NCBI GenBank assembly: GCA_002269645.1
Contig: NIVC01002022.1
Coordinates: 117,512-181,511 of the forward strand
Reading direction: 5' to 3'
DNA: 64,000 nucleotides
Source: Macrostomum lignano
Lineage: Eukaryota
Shown: positions 48,501 through 60,200 of the stretch, piece after piece
Layout: every line of letters starts with the position of its first letter
How positions within the stretch are numbered: the stretch's first letter is position 1
Notes under the pieces: generated by a model
What the model was told of the DNA's origin: nothing
Databases searched by the model: none
The model's input: the letters and a program-made list of their open reading frames with translations, nothing else
Translations under genes and position numbers: made by a program

Positions 48501-50943
48501 TGGCACACAGAACACTGTCCAATATGAGGCATGTGCTGTGTACTGGCACACAGAACACTGTCCAATATGAGGCATGTGCTGTGTACTGGCACACAGAACA
48601 CTGTCCAATATGAGGCATGTGCTGTGTACTGGCACACAGAACACTGTCCAATATGAGGCATGTGCTGTGTACTGGCACACAGAACACTGTCCAGTATGAG
48701 GCATGTGCTGTGTACTGGCACACAGAACACTGTCCAATATGAGGCATGTGCTGTGTACTGGCACACAGAACACTGTCCAATATGAGGCATGTGCTGTGTA
48801 CTGGCACACAGAACACTGTCCAATATGAGGCATGTGCTGTGTACTGGCACACAGAACACTGTCCAATATGAGGCATGTGCTGTGTACTGGCACACAGAAC
48901 ACTGTCCAATATGAGGCATGTGCTGTGTACTGGCACACAGAACACTGTCCAATATGAGGCATGTGCTGTGTACTGGCACACAGAACACTGTCCAATATGA
49001 GGCATGTGCTGTGTACTGGCACACAGAACACTGTCCAATATGAGGCATGTGCTGTGTACTGGCACACAGAACACTGTCCAATATGAGGCATGTGCTGTGT
49101 ACTGGCACACAGAACACTGTCCAATATGAGGCATGTGCTGTGTACTGGCACACAGAACACTGTCCAGTGAGGCATGTGCTGTGTACTGGCACACAGAACA
49201 CTGTCCAATATGAGGCATGTGCTGTGTACTGGCACACAGAACACTGTCCAATATGAGGCATGTGCTGTGTACTGGCACACAGAACACTGTCCAGTGCGAG
49301 GCATGTGCTGTGTACTGGCACACAGAACACTGTCCAATATGAGGCATGTGCTGTGTACTGGCACACAGAACACTGTCCAATATGAGGCATGTGCTGTGTA
49401 CTGGCACACAGAACACTGTCCAGTATGAGGCATGTGCTGTGTACTGGCACACAGAACACTGTCCAATATGAGGCATGTGCTGTGTACTGGCACACAGAAC
49501 ACTGTCCAATATGAGGCATGTGCTGTGTACTGGCACACAGAACACTGTCCAATATGAGGCATGTGCTGTGTACTGGCACACAGAACACTGTCCAATATGA
49601 GGCATGTGCTGTGTACTGGCACACAGAACACTGTCCAATATGAGGCATGTGCTGTGTACTGGCACACAGAACACTGTCCAATATGAGGCATGTGCTGTGT
49701 ACTGGCACACAGAACACTGTCCAGTGCGAGGCATGTGCTGTGTACTGGCACACAGAACACTGTCCAATATGAGGCATGTGCTGTGTACTGGCACACAGAA
49801 CACTGTCCAATATGAGGCATGTGCTGTGTACTGGCACACAGAACACTGTCCAATATGAGGCATGTGCTGTGTACTGGCACACAGAACACTGTCCAATATG
49901 AGGCATGTGCTGTGTACTGGCACACAGAACACTGTCCAATATGAGGCATGTGCTGTGTACTGGCACACAGAACACTGTCCAATATGAGGCATGTGCTGTG
50001 TACTGGCACACAGAACACTGTCCAATATGAGGCATGTGCTGTGTACTGGCACACAGAACACTGTCCAATATGAGGCATGTGCTGTGTACTGGCACACAGA
50101 ACACTGTCCAGTATGAGGCATGTGCTGTGTACTGGCACACAGAACACTGTCCAATATGAGGCATGTGCTGTGTACTGGCACACAGAACACTGTCCAATAT
50201 GAGGCATGTGCTGTGTACTGGCACACAGAACACTGTCCAATATGAGGCATGTGCTGTGTACTGGCACACAGAACACTGTCCAATATGAGGCATGTGCTGT
50301 GTACTGGCACACAGAACACTGTCCAATATGAGGCATGTGCTGTGTACTGGCACACAGAACACTGTCCAATATGAGGCATGTGCTGTGTACTGGCACACAG
50401 AACACTGTCCAATATGAGGCATGTGCTGTGTACTGGCACACAGAACACTGTCCAATATGAGGCATGTGCTGTGTACTGGCACACAGAACACTGTCCAATA
50501 TGAGGCATGTGCTGTGTACTGGCACACAGAACACTGTCCAATATGAGGCATGTGCTGTGTACTGGCACACAGAACACTGTCCAATATGAGGCATGTGCTG
50601 TGTACTGGCACACAGAACACTGTCCAATATGAGGCATGTGCTGTGTACTGGCACACAGAACACTGTCCAGTGCGAGGCATGTGCTGTGTACTGGCACACA
50701 GAACACTGTCCAATATGAGGCATGTGCTGTGTACTGGCACACAGAACACTGTCCAATATGAGGCATGTGCTGTGTACTGGCACACAGAACACTGTCCAAT
50801 GAGGCATGTGCTGTGTACTGGCACACAGAACACTGTCCAATATGAGGCATGTGCTGTGTACTGGCACACAGAACACTGTCCAATATGAGGCATGTGCTGT
50901 GTACTGGCACACAGAACACTGTCCAATATGAGACATGTGCTGT
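36561..50943. repeat. 14.4-kb satellite of a 43-bp unit (ACACTGTCCAATATGAGGCATGTGCTGTGTACTGGCACACAGA), about 335 copies
   Basis: Direct periodicity. Variants of 40-43 bp differ almost only in the AATAT linker. Confidence 0.99.
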
Positions 50944-52168
50944 TTACTATCTGTGTACTAGACCCCTGTCCCTGATCTTCTGGCACTGATCCCAGTCTCT
51001 GATCCCTGACCCCAGTCCCTGACCCCAGTCTCTGATCCCAGTCTCTGATCTCCGATCCCAGTCCCTGCTCCTAGCACACAGAGCACTGTCCCCAGACACT
51101 TCCATCACCAAAGGCAGTCAGGAGGCCAGTCACTCACATGAGCTGTCAGCAATTGTCGTGGCGAATCGGCGCAGCAACTTGGGGAGTCCAGGCAGTCTCT
51201 TCAGCACTCAAGCCAAAAAATGCATACTATATATGCAGCATTTCGCCTCACATGAGATTCCTGTCCAATGGGAACAGCTGAATCTGGTCTCACGGCTGCA
51301 GCAGCGGAGAGAGGACGGTGGGAGACGGTCAGCCGCACCCCTCCTGATACAAGGCAGCAGCCCTGCACAACAGCTGGGGTGGGGCAGGTCTCCCTAACAG
51401 CTAATTCTCGTAGTGTTTTTGCTGTACAGTGAACCGGGGCTGCGTCGCCACTTATCTGAACTCTTTGCAGTCAATGAAAAATTGTCACGACATGTTTTTA
51501 AAGTACAATATTTAATAAGTTATTAGCTATTGAAAATGCTCTGTAGCAGTCTGTATTCTGTTGTCTGTAGTAGTCTGTATTCTATGGTCTGTACCAGTCT
51601 GTATTCTGTATGGTCTGTACCAGTCTGTATTCTGCGGTCTTGACTTACTTGACTTAGCTGCAGGGGGCGTCCGGCGGATGCAGCGAGGAGGCGGAGGAGA
51701 CCGCCCATTCCGCTAGCCCCTGGCGACCAACGACTTCCGTTGAAGTGGTGTCGCTCAGGGGACCCGTCGGTCTCGCCTGCAGCGCGGTCCTCCTCACCGA
51801 CGGTGGGGAAGAAATCAGCTCGTCCGGTGTCCCTGAGGTACCGGGCGAGCAGCGGGATGCTCTCGGGCCTACAAACGTCGGAGAGAACCGGGTTTGGCCC
51901 GAGGTGAGTAAGCCTGGCCCTGGTGAAAACCGGGCAGTGGCAGATAAAATGCTCGGCGTTTTCACTGCCTGAGCGGCAGAAGGGGCACCGCTCCTCGGGT
52001 ACTTGGCCCTGAAGGAAGCGGTGGCGAGAGAAGCAGCCATGCCCGGAGAGGGCCATGCTAACTGCTCTGAGGTCTCTGCGGTTGAGCCTGAGGAGGGCTC
52101 TACGCAGGAGAGGAGAGGGACAGGGGACGGCAGCACGGGATTGCCTACAATTCCGGGTGTCGTGCCAC

Positions 52169-55100
52169 CTACCTGCGGAGATGCTCGGAGTCAGCCCAGC
52201 GCTTAACGCGGGAGTTGATCACCGAGGCGGGGATGGGGGCACCCGGGCCCGGCCCCAGCAGCGCGCCGGCGGAGCCAGCCTTGGCCAGCAGGTCAGCGCG
52301 CTCGTTGCCGAGGAAGCCGGCGTGGCCCGGGATCCATCTGAGCTCCACCTGGTTGCCTAGCGCAAGCCCGTTGAGCTGGGTGTTGCAGTCCAGGACGGAC
52401 CTGGAGCTGGCGGTGCTGCGGCAGAGGGCCCGAAGGGCTGCTTGGCTGTCAGAGTGAAAAATAAATTTCCGGCCGCTAAGCTGCCTTCGGCGCAGCTCTG
52501 CCGCGCAGGAGCTGATGGCAAGCACCTCGCTCTGAAAAACACTGGAGTTGAGCCCAGTGTGCTGGGAGTAGCTCCACACCACTTCTCCCTTGAAGAAGAC
52601 GCAGGCTCCGAAGCCTGAAAGACCATGCCTCATAGAGCCGTCAGTGTAACAGTGGACTTCAGAGTCGCTCCAGCTGTCACTCGCCTCGTGTCGAGGCTGA
52701 ATGGTGACCTTATACCTTTGGCTCAGGAGAAGGGTGGCTGGGATCGAGTCCGTGAGGATGTTGAGCCCGCCACACTCCTCGAGAGCCTTGAGGCAGAGGT
52801 CAGAGTGCGGGATAAGCGACCGCTTCTTAAAGGCCCGCACTTTCTTGAAGGCCACCCCAGCATCCAGAAGACGCCGGGTGCTCTTCGCCGCCTCTCCTTT
52901 GATATAAATATCCAAAGGAGGGGCACAGAGGAAGGCATTCATGCCTTCAAAAGGAGTAGAGGGTGGAGCGCCCATAGTCATGCGGCAGGCTCTGCCCTGG
53001 ATTTTGTAGAGAGCGTCGAGGTTGCTCTTGACGCTCAGGCCGCTAGCCCACACGAGGCTGGCGTAACTGATCGAGGGGCGGATGATGGCAGTGTAAATCC
53101 ACCACAGCTTCCTGGGGGTGAGCCCCCAGGTGGTGCCCACGGCGCGCCTGATCTGAGCCAGTACAGCCAGGGCTTTTTTGGCTTTAGTTTGAATGTGCGG
53201 AGTCCAGTTAAGCCTGTGGTCCAGAGTGAGGCCCAGGCAGCGGACCTGCTTCTCCATGGAAATATTCTTTCCATAGAGGGTGAGGGGCTTAATGGTCCAG
53301 AGCAGTTTGTTGGTAAACATGACTGCTGTGGTTTTCGACTCTGAGAGTCTAAGGCCACATTGGTCTGCCCAACGCTCCGCTCGTCCCAGAAAGCCCTGCA
53401 GAAGGTCTCTGATGGTATCAACCGAGGGGCCCGCGCATATCGCGGTCACATCATCGGCATAGCCCACCTTGAGAATGGGGTCGTGGAGATCACTGCAAAG
53501 CAACTCATCCATGACCATGTTCCAGAGAACGGGGGTGAGAACGCCGCCCTGGGGGCCCCCTTTCAGGACAGGCACCGAAAGAGAGCTGCCGCTCAGGTGG
53601 GCCACAACAGTGCGGTTTCGGATCATGAACATGATCCACCGGACAAGGTGAGGGTGCGTGGCCCTGGATTCCAGGGCTCTGCAAAAGGCCTCGAAGATGA
53701 CGTTGTCGAAGGCCCCCTCAATGTCCAGGAAAAGCGAGAGGGCAAAGCCGCTGCCAAGAACGGCCCTCTCCAGGAAGTCAACAATGACATGGAGAGCACT
53801 CTCGGTTGACCTGCCCGCGCGGAAGGCGTGCTGGTTCTGCGAGAGTGGGAAGCGCTTCAGCTCGACCGAAAGTAGGCGCCAAAGCACCAGTCTCTCGAGG
53901 AGCTTGAGGCAGAAAGAAGTGAGGCTGATAGGCCTGAAGGCCTTCACCGATTGGTAGTCGCTCTTTCCAGGCTTGGGGATAAAGACCACCCGGGCCTCTC
54001 TCCATGCAACTGGTACATAGCCCAGCTCCATACAAGCTCGAAGGAGACGACAGAGCAGGTCCAGGAAGCGGTGGTTTTTCACCGCCTCGTGCAAGAACGC
54101 TGGGTAGATGCCGTCGGGCCCAGGCGCCTTGAACGGGTTAAAGGACCTTGCCGCTCTAATAATGCGGTCTTTGGTGATCATAGACTTAGCTAGGCCTTGC
54201 CCTCCCACTGTGTGGTCGGGCGGGCCCTGCTGAGTCGGAGATTTAGGGAAAAAACTGTTGAGCATGAGCTCTAGAGTCTCTTCCGAACTCTCTGTGACCG
54301 AGCCGTCAGGTCTCTTCACAACAGAGAGTTTAGAAAAACGGTCATTAGTGAGTGCCTTAACCACGCGGGCTACGGGGCGAGAGCCCTCAAGCCCTTCGCA
54401 ATATTGGCGCCACTTGGCCGTCTTGGCCCTTCTGACTTGGCCCTTAAACTCGTGGATCGCACGGGTATAGGCCTCTCTGTCAGATGGGTCTTTGGTTTTG
54501 AGCGCTCGCCTTTGGAGGGTCCTGGCTCGGCGCCGAAGGGCCCCGAGCTCTGGGTTCCACCAGGGAGCAGATTTCTTGCCTTTATAGGCCTTTAGGGGGC
54601 AGGCTGCTTCAAAGGCAGTGGTGATCGCCCCGCCCAGGGAGGAGGCGAGATCGTCCACTACCTGGCAGTCAGAGAGGTCACTGGGGGGGTCAAGATCCCG
54701 AAGGCCGCGGCTCAGCTTCGAGCCAAAGGCGGCCCAATCGGTGTTCCTGACGTTCCGACTCCAAGTGACCTTAGGCTTTTGCTTGGTCAGCCCAATGCAA
54801 AAGCGGATAAAGCGGTGGTCCGAGAGCGAGTCATCGTCCCACACTCGCCAGCCCGTAACTGCGGAAAGCAGTCCGGGTGAGGCGATGGTGGTGTCGATGA
54901 CTTCGGCCCACCGCCCATTATTGAACGTTGGTGCATTGCCCACGTTACAGAAGTTGAGGTTAGTGCTGCTGACATAGGCCAGCAGCTCCTCGCCTCTGCT
55001 ATTGATGTTCTTGCTGCCCCAATGCAGGTGGTGTGCGTTCACATCCCCTGCAATGAGCAGCTCGAACCGATGGGACGCAGCATAGTCAGTAAGGTTGACT

Positions 55101-55462
55101 AACGCGTCGCAGACAACTGGGGCATCGCCTGGGAAATAGGCAGATGCTACCAGCACAGGTTTATTGGGAATGAGGTTATTGATTTGAACAACACAGATGT
55201 CCCCAGTCGAGAGATCAGGTCTCATCCATGCCTCAAAAGCTTTTGCAGCAAAGACCAGAGATCTTGGGCGAGGCTGAGAGCCTGCCATGCAAAAACAGTG
55301 GTAGCCAGATGGCACATTATTTGGCTTACCTTTAGTCATCCAGGGCTCCTGTACGAAGACCAGGCCCGGAAGCTGTTGCTCTGCCGTGCGCATCAGGTTG
55401 ACCGACGCCGCCACGCAGTGCTGGGTGTTGATCTGCAGACACCAGGTAGTCGCTGGCATCAT
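52169..55462 (-). CDS. LINE ORF2 (endonuclease, reverse transcriptase, RNase H), 1097 aa. The C-terminal zinc knuckle (about 51800-52100) is separated by frameshifts.
   Basis: Motifs as above. The ORF stops at a 4-bp AGGT duplication near 52170. Confidence 0.9.
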   Translation of the reverse strand: MMPATTWCLQINTQHCVAASVNLMRTAEQQLPGLVFVQEPWMTKGKPNNVPSGYHCFCMAGSQPRPRSLVFAAKAFEAWMRPDLSTGDICVVQINNLIPNKPVLVASAYFPGDAPVVCDALVNLTDYAASHRFELLIAGDVNAHHLHWGSKNINSRGEELLAYVSSTNLNFCNVGNAPTFNNGRWAEVIDTTIASPGLLSAVTGWRVWDDDSLSDHRFIRFCIGLTKQKPKVTWSRNVRNTDWAAFGSKLSRGLRDLDPPSDLSDCQVVDDLASSLGGAITTAFEAACPLKAYKGKKSAPWWNPELGALRRRARTLQRRALKTKDPSDREAYTRAIHEFKGQVRRAKTAKWRQYCEGLEGSRPVARVVKALTNDRFSKLSVVKRPDGSVTESSEETLELMLNSFFPKSPTQQGPPDHTVGGQGLAKSMITKDRIIRAARSFNPFKAPGPDGIYPAFLHEAVKNHRFLDLLCRLLRACMELGYVPVAWREARVVFIPKPGKSDYQSVKAFRPISLTSFCLKLLERLVLWRLLSVELKRFPLSQNQHAFRAGRSTESALHVIVDFLERAVLGSGFALSLFLDIEGAFDNVIFEAFCRALESRATHPHLVRWIMFMIRNRTVVAHLSGSSLSVPVLKGGPQGGVLTPVLWNMVMDELLCSDLHDPILKVGYADDVTAICAGPSVDTIRDLLQGFLGRAERWADQCGLRLSESKTTAVMFTNKLLWTIKPLTLYGKNISMEKQVRCLGLTLDHRLNWTPHIQTKAKKALAVLAQIRRAVGTTWGLTPRKLWWIYTAIIRPSISYASLVWASGLSVKSNLDALYKIQGRACRMTMGAPPSTPFEGMNAFLCAPPLDIYIKGEAAKSTRRLLDAGVAFKKVRAFKKRSLIPHSDLCLKALEECGGLNILTDSIPATLLLSQRYKVTIQPRHEASDSWSDSEVHCYTDGSMRHGLSGFGACVFFKGEVVWSYSQHTGLNSSVFQSEVLAISSCAAELRRRQLSGRKFIFHSDSQAALRALCRSTASSRSVLDCNTQLNGLALGNQVELRWIPGHAGFLGNERADLLAKAGSAGALLGPGPGAPIPASVINSRVKRWADSEHLRR

Positions 55463-57000
55463 TGCAGATCGGATGTTGCAGCCGCCAGGAGTTCCTCCTC
55501 CTCCTCGGCGCTCACCGGCTTCGGGTCGGGGTCGCCGGTGTCCATGGGCTCTTCTTCAGCAAAAGGCCCCCGATTGGCCGGAAGGCAGTAGGCAGCGTTC
55601 GCCGCCCTTTGCCCACCATCCATGGGGTCCTCCGCCTCAGATTGGCCCAATGCCCTGGAGCAGCCAGCCGCCTGGGCAGGCGGGTCCGTCTCCAGTCGGC
55701 CCTGCCCCGAGGGGTTGGGCCCAGCTGGGACGTCCCCACCCTCCCTGGACGAACTGGTGCGCCTAGGCGTCCCGGCGACCTCTCGCCTCAGCTGGGATTT
55801 TGGCGGTACGGACTGCCTCAGCTGCACGCTGGTACAGGCCGCGCCGCTTGGTGCTGCGCGCCGGGCGTCGGTCGCCTCCGCCCTCAGCAGCGCGCTCAGC
55901 TTTGCCCGCGCGGCCGTGCTGCCGGGCAGGGCGGTTTGCTTTGGCAGTCTGAGCAGAGGCTTGCGCCTCGGCCCCGGCCGCCTCCGCATCCCGCCCGCCC
56001 TGCTCACTGCCACGGGGAGGGTCGGCCTCGTAGGAGCGGATGCGCAGCTTCCAAAGGCCGACGTTGATGAAGCTGCCGTGTGATAACGCCTCATCCAGGC
56101 GTCCGACAGCCCCAGGATGGCTGTGAAGCCAGTGCCGTCGGTGCGCTTAAGGGTGTCATGCACCACTAGGCCCGCGGCGGGAAGCTCCCGGTTGACTGCT
56201 AGCAGTCCTTTCCGGAGCTCGTCAGCAGAGGTAACAACGCTCCTGGCCGGGACCCAGATTCGATGCCTCTTGGTCCGGGGGCGCTCGTCCTCTCTGCAGA
56301 AGGCTAGGTTGAGGTCCCAGCTCTGCTCGGGCAGCAGCTCAAGGAGCCGCCGACCCGAGTCAGCATCACTGGGCCAAATGAGAAGGCACGAGTCCCTCGT
56401 CGCATTCGAATGAATGTTCAGAGGCGTGCCCTTCAGAGTTTGCTTCCACAGGAGGCCATCAACGGCACTTCTCACCTGCTTCAGCTGATCGGGAGACAGG
56501 CGCGCGTCCTTTCCCAGGATGACAACCGCCGGTTGCCTCTTTGCCGCATCAGCGTAGGAGGCCCGGGGTCAGTGGAGCTTTCTTCAGGTGGGCTGTCCAC
56601 CCTCCCGGCTGCATCGGCCTCCCTATCCTGGGCAGGGGCTTCCGTGGGCTCGAGGCCCTCTTCCGCCACCGCCCCAGACTGGGAAGCTTCCGCTGCCGCG
56701 GGCCGTTGGCCCCTGGCACCGGTTTGGCTTCCGCCCTCCTTGGCCCGCCTCGCCTTGTTAAGTCGACGGCGGGCAGCTCCAGAGGTGGTGCTGCGTTTCT
56801 TAGCAGCTGGAGTAGCAGGTGTCTTCTCGGAGGCACCGCTCAGAGTTGGCTCCACGGGTCTCGCCGAGGCGTCCCCGATGGTAGCAGGTGGTATGGCCGA
56901 GGAGTCCACGGCCCCAGCCGAGGCCGGAGGCACTGTGTCATCCACAGCCGGTTTGTTACTTCGGTTAGAAGCCATTGGCTGGAAGTAAAAAGGTGGGACT
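55459..57000 (-). pseudogene. LINE ORF1 (gag-like), frameshifted at about 56520 and about 56080
   Basis: Position upstream of ORF2. Alternative frames restore AVVILGKDARLSPDQLKQVRSAVDG and GSFINVGLWKLRIR. Confidence 0.7.
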
Positions 57001-59059
57001 TCCTGCAGAACACAGGCAAAGAGCCGCAAGGCCGCAACCCCAAACCAAGCGGCAGGCCCCAAAAAGCAAAATACCACCCGCGGGGGGACCCAAAAGCGCA
57101 AGGGGAACCGTTAGCGACCAGACTACTCCCTGGCCAAGCGTCCATCAGCACGGAGTTACACTGGGACATTAGAGGGTGCGTTTATGGTCACACCAGGACC
57201 CGGCGCCAACGAATCAGCTCGGCAGGGCCCAAGGGGGCCTGTCTTAACACCCACGGGACAAGTACCCTTCGAAGTGCGCCTTGCAAGGTGAAAATCAGGA
57301 GACAGAGTCTCTTGAGCTATCAGCCCGCCAGGGGAGGCAGGTGTGAGCATCGCTGGCTGGGATAAAGGCCATACCAGTCTCATACTGCACAGATAGTTCA
57401 CCACGCCATTACGTGCAGGACCCGGGGTCCTGGGGGCAACAGCCCCGGCGTATTCTGCGGTCTGTAGTAGTCTGTATTCTGTGTGGTCTGTACCAGTCTG
57501 TATTCTGCGGTCTGTACCAGTCTGTATTCTGTGGTTTGTAGCAGTCTGCAGTCTGTGGTCTGTAGCAGTCTGCATTCTGTGGTCTGTAGCAGTCTGTATT
57601 CTGTGGTTTGTAGCAGTCTGCAGTCTGTGGTTTGTAGCAGTCTGCAGTCTGTGGTCTGTAGCAGTCTGCATTCTGTGGTCTGTAGCAGTCTGTATTCTGT
57701 GGTCTGTAGCAGTCTGCATTCTGTGGTCTGTAGTAGTCTCCATTCTGTGGTCTGTAGCAGTCTGTATTCTGTGGTCTGTAGCAGTCTGTATTCTGTGGTC
57801 TGTAGTAGTCTGCATTCTGTGGTCTGTAGCAGTCTGCATTCTGTGGTCTGTAGCAGTCTGTATTCTGAATGGTCTGTACCAGTCTGTATTCTGTGGTCTG
57901 TAGCAGTCTGCATTCTGTGGTCTGTAGCAGTCTGCATTCTGTGGTCTGTAGCAGTCTGCATTCTGAATGGTCTGTACCAGTCTGTATTCTGTGGTCTGTA
58001 GTAGTCTGCATTCTGTGGTCTGTAGTAGTCTGTATTCTGTGGTCTGTAGCAGTCTGCATTCTGTGGTCTGTACCAGTCTGTATTCTGTGGTCTGTAGCAG
58101 TCTGCATTCTGTGGTCTGTAGCAGTCTGCATTCTGTGGTCTGTAGCAGTCTGTATTCTGCATGGTCTGCACCAGTCTGTATTCTGTGGTCTGTAGTAGTC
58201 TGTAGTCTGTGGTCTGTATTAGTCTGTATTCTGTACGGTCTGCACCAGTCTGTATTCTGTACGGTCTGCACCAGTCTGTATTCTGCATGGTCTGCACCAG
58301 TCTGTATTCTGTACGGTCTGCACCAGTCTGTATTCTGTAAAGTCTGCACCAGTCTGTATTCTGTACGGTCTGCACCAGTCTGTATTCTGTACGGTCTGCA
58401 CCAGTCTGTATTCTGTATGGTCTGCACCAGTCTGTATTCTGTATGGTCTGCACCAGTCTGTATTCTGTACGGTCTGCACCAGTCTGTATTCTGCATGGTC
58501 TGCACCAGTCTGTATTCTGTACGGTCTGCACCAGTCTGTATTCTGTAAAGTCTGCACCAGTCTGTATTCTGTATGGTCTGCACCAGTCTGTATTCTGTAC
58601 GGTCTGCACCAGTCTGTATTCTGTATGGTCTGCACCAGTCTGTATTCTGTATGGTCTGCACCAGTCTGTATTCTGTATGGTCTGCACCAGTCTGTATTAG
58701 TAGTAATAGAAAATTTCGGTCATACCCCATTGTCAATTGCAAAATACGTAATAAGGTACCCGTCAGAAATTTTATTACGCACATACCTTATTTTTCTATT
58801 AAAAATTAAATAGTAAGGTACCGAACCAAATGGTAGGGTATTCTACATGCAGGAATTCCAACTACACTGCACCGTACCCACAAAGAATTCAAAAGAAGAA
58901 AGATCTCAAGTTGGATCAACCAACCAACTTGTCCAAAACGCATTTTCGGCATATTTCTGCATTACAAGAATAGAGGTAACACTTGTGTTGCAAAGCGTCG
59001 TAGGCAAAAATACGCGCGCCGAAACTCATTTCCTCGTCAAGGCCCACTACCAAGGAGAC

Positions 59060-59450
59060 GCGTTAAAAGAATCGAAGACTACCACCACGAGTCAGTTTGA
59101 AATACAAATAAAACAACACCCAAATATCACAATAACCAGTCCGAGGATCCTGAATAGCAAATCGACTGTAGGACCAATTTCGAAATCCCCACATTCTCGC
59201 CCCAACTACCGTCTAACATTTTCCGGTGGACTTAAACCAAGCGAATCAAAATATTCCCCGACTCTTCGTCCTCGGCGCCCCCGAACCCGCCTGCTACTCA
59301 CCCAAACCGCAACCCAATGCCTACCAGGAAGATTCGAAGTGTCTGTATTCGCCACAAAGAAATAGTCTTTACCATCTAAAGGTAATTGTCCAAGAATTTG
59401 AAGATCTCGGCGGCGCACCCGCGGCGGAGCGCGCATGCATTCGCACTGAA
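59060..59450 (-). pseudogene. Decayed Polinton/Maverick (adenain-like, clan CE) cysteine protease
   Basis: FFVANTDTSNLPGRHWVAVW and EYFDSLGLSPP, then after a frameshift near 59200 WGFRNWSYSRFAIQDPRTGYCDIWVLFYLYFKLTRG. The catalytic His, Asp, Gln and Cys residues occur in the correct order. Confidence 0.75.
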
Positions 59451-59959
59451 AGCAAATAGCGCTCTCATCCACCCGGAATTTGGCCACACTCACAATGGAC
59501 TCCAAGCGGCGGCAGTCCACGGACACGGCCCTGGTCACGGTTTCAAGTAGCTGCGGCATTTGAACCCCGGCCCGCTGTCCATCCAGGCGCATGCGCTGGA
59601 TCTGCGCGCGAAGCGCAGCAACTGAGGGGTTTTGACACCACTCATCCCGTATGTAGCGCGCCAACGTGCTGAAAATTGCCCGGCGGGACGAGCAGGGCGC
59701 TGCTTCACTCGGGCCGGCCCATGAGGCTTGGTTGATTCGGCCATGGTAAAAAGTGTAGGTCTAATCTCACTATCTTCGGGCAACTCTGACACTGAGCCTA
59801 CCATCTGCTCGATTATAAGTCAGTGTGGACTCAATGTGGACCCGCGGCGTTTTGGGTGGTGGCCCTCGCCGCCCTCCTGCGCCCAAGAAACCGAAGCCTG
59901 CAGCAACGACCGGCTGGCCCCGGCTGAAGGTCCGCCCCCGGCCAAGGCACTGGTGAGCT

Positions 59960-60200
59960 CTACCGGGTCATCTATCTCAAAGTCAACTGGCGTTGCTTGG
60001 GCGGCTTCTGGACTCGACGGAGGGAGGGCGACGGCCAGCGCTACGTGTGTGTGTATGGGGCGAGGTAAGACCAATTGTGTGTCCAGCAGGTCATCTATCT
60101 TTACGTCAATTGGCGCCGCTTGGGCGGCTTCTGGACTCGAGGGAGGGAGGGCGACGGTCAGCGCTGTGTGTGGGCGAGGCAAGACCAATTGTGTGTCCAG
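59960..60200. repeat. Tandem duplication of about 114 bp inside a Pro/Ala-rich minus-strand ORF (59820-60245)
   Basis: CCAATTGTGTGTCCAGCA recurs at about 60070 and 60184. Confidence 0.8.

Larger units (their letters stand above)
51641..57449 (-). mobile_element. Full-length non-LTR retrotransposon, I group (R1/LOA-like): ORF1, and ORF2 with APE endonuclease, RT, RNase H and CCHC
   Basis: ORF2 motifs [50 protein letters not shown] and WIPGH. C-terminal CPFC..H..CHC in a shifted frame. 14-bp TSD GTATTCTGCGGTCT at 51627-51640 and 57450-57463. 3' tail of TAAGTCAAG-like repeats. Confidence 0.93.
51535..58697. repeat. 24/26-bp minisatellite of cassette copy B, split by a LINE (51535-51640 and 57450-58697)
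   Basis: Same unit as 26845-28428. Confidence 0.92.

Noticed and set aside
36561-50943. CRISPR array (hairpin-containing repeat next to a nuclease)
   Set aside because: There are no unique spacers (only 2-5-nt variants) and no cas genes, and the context is eukaryotic.
36360-50986. Three minus-strand ORFs of about 4800 aa, Cys/His-rich
   Set aside because: The 43-bp unit has no minus-strand stop and is not a multiple of 3, so all three frames cycle through the same peptide. This is an artefact of the satellite.
52003-57365. Numerous plus-strand ORFs over the LINE (and 17354-20537 over the gypsy element)
   Set aside because: GC-rich antisense shadows of the element ORFs.
57156-58784. 542-aa and 429-aa QTTEYRL ORFs (also at 26837-28480 and 14734-15423)
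   Set aside because: Minisatellite readings with no domain.
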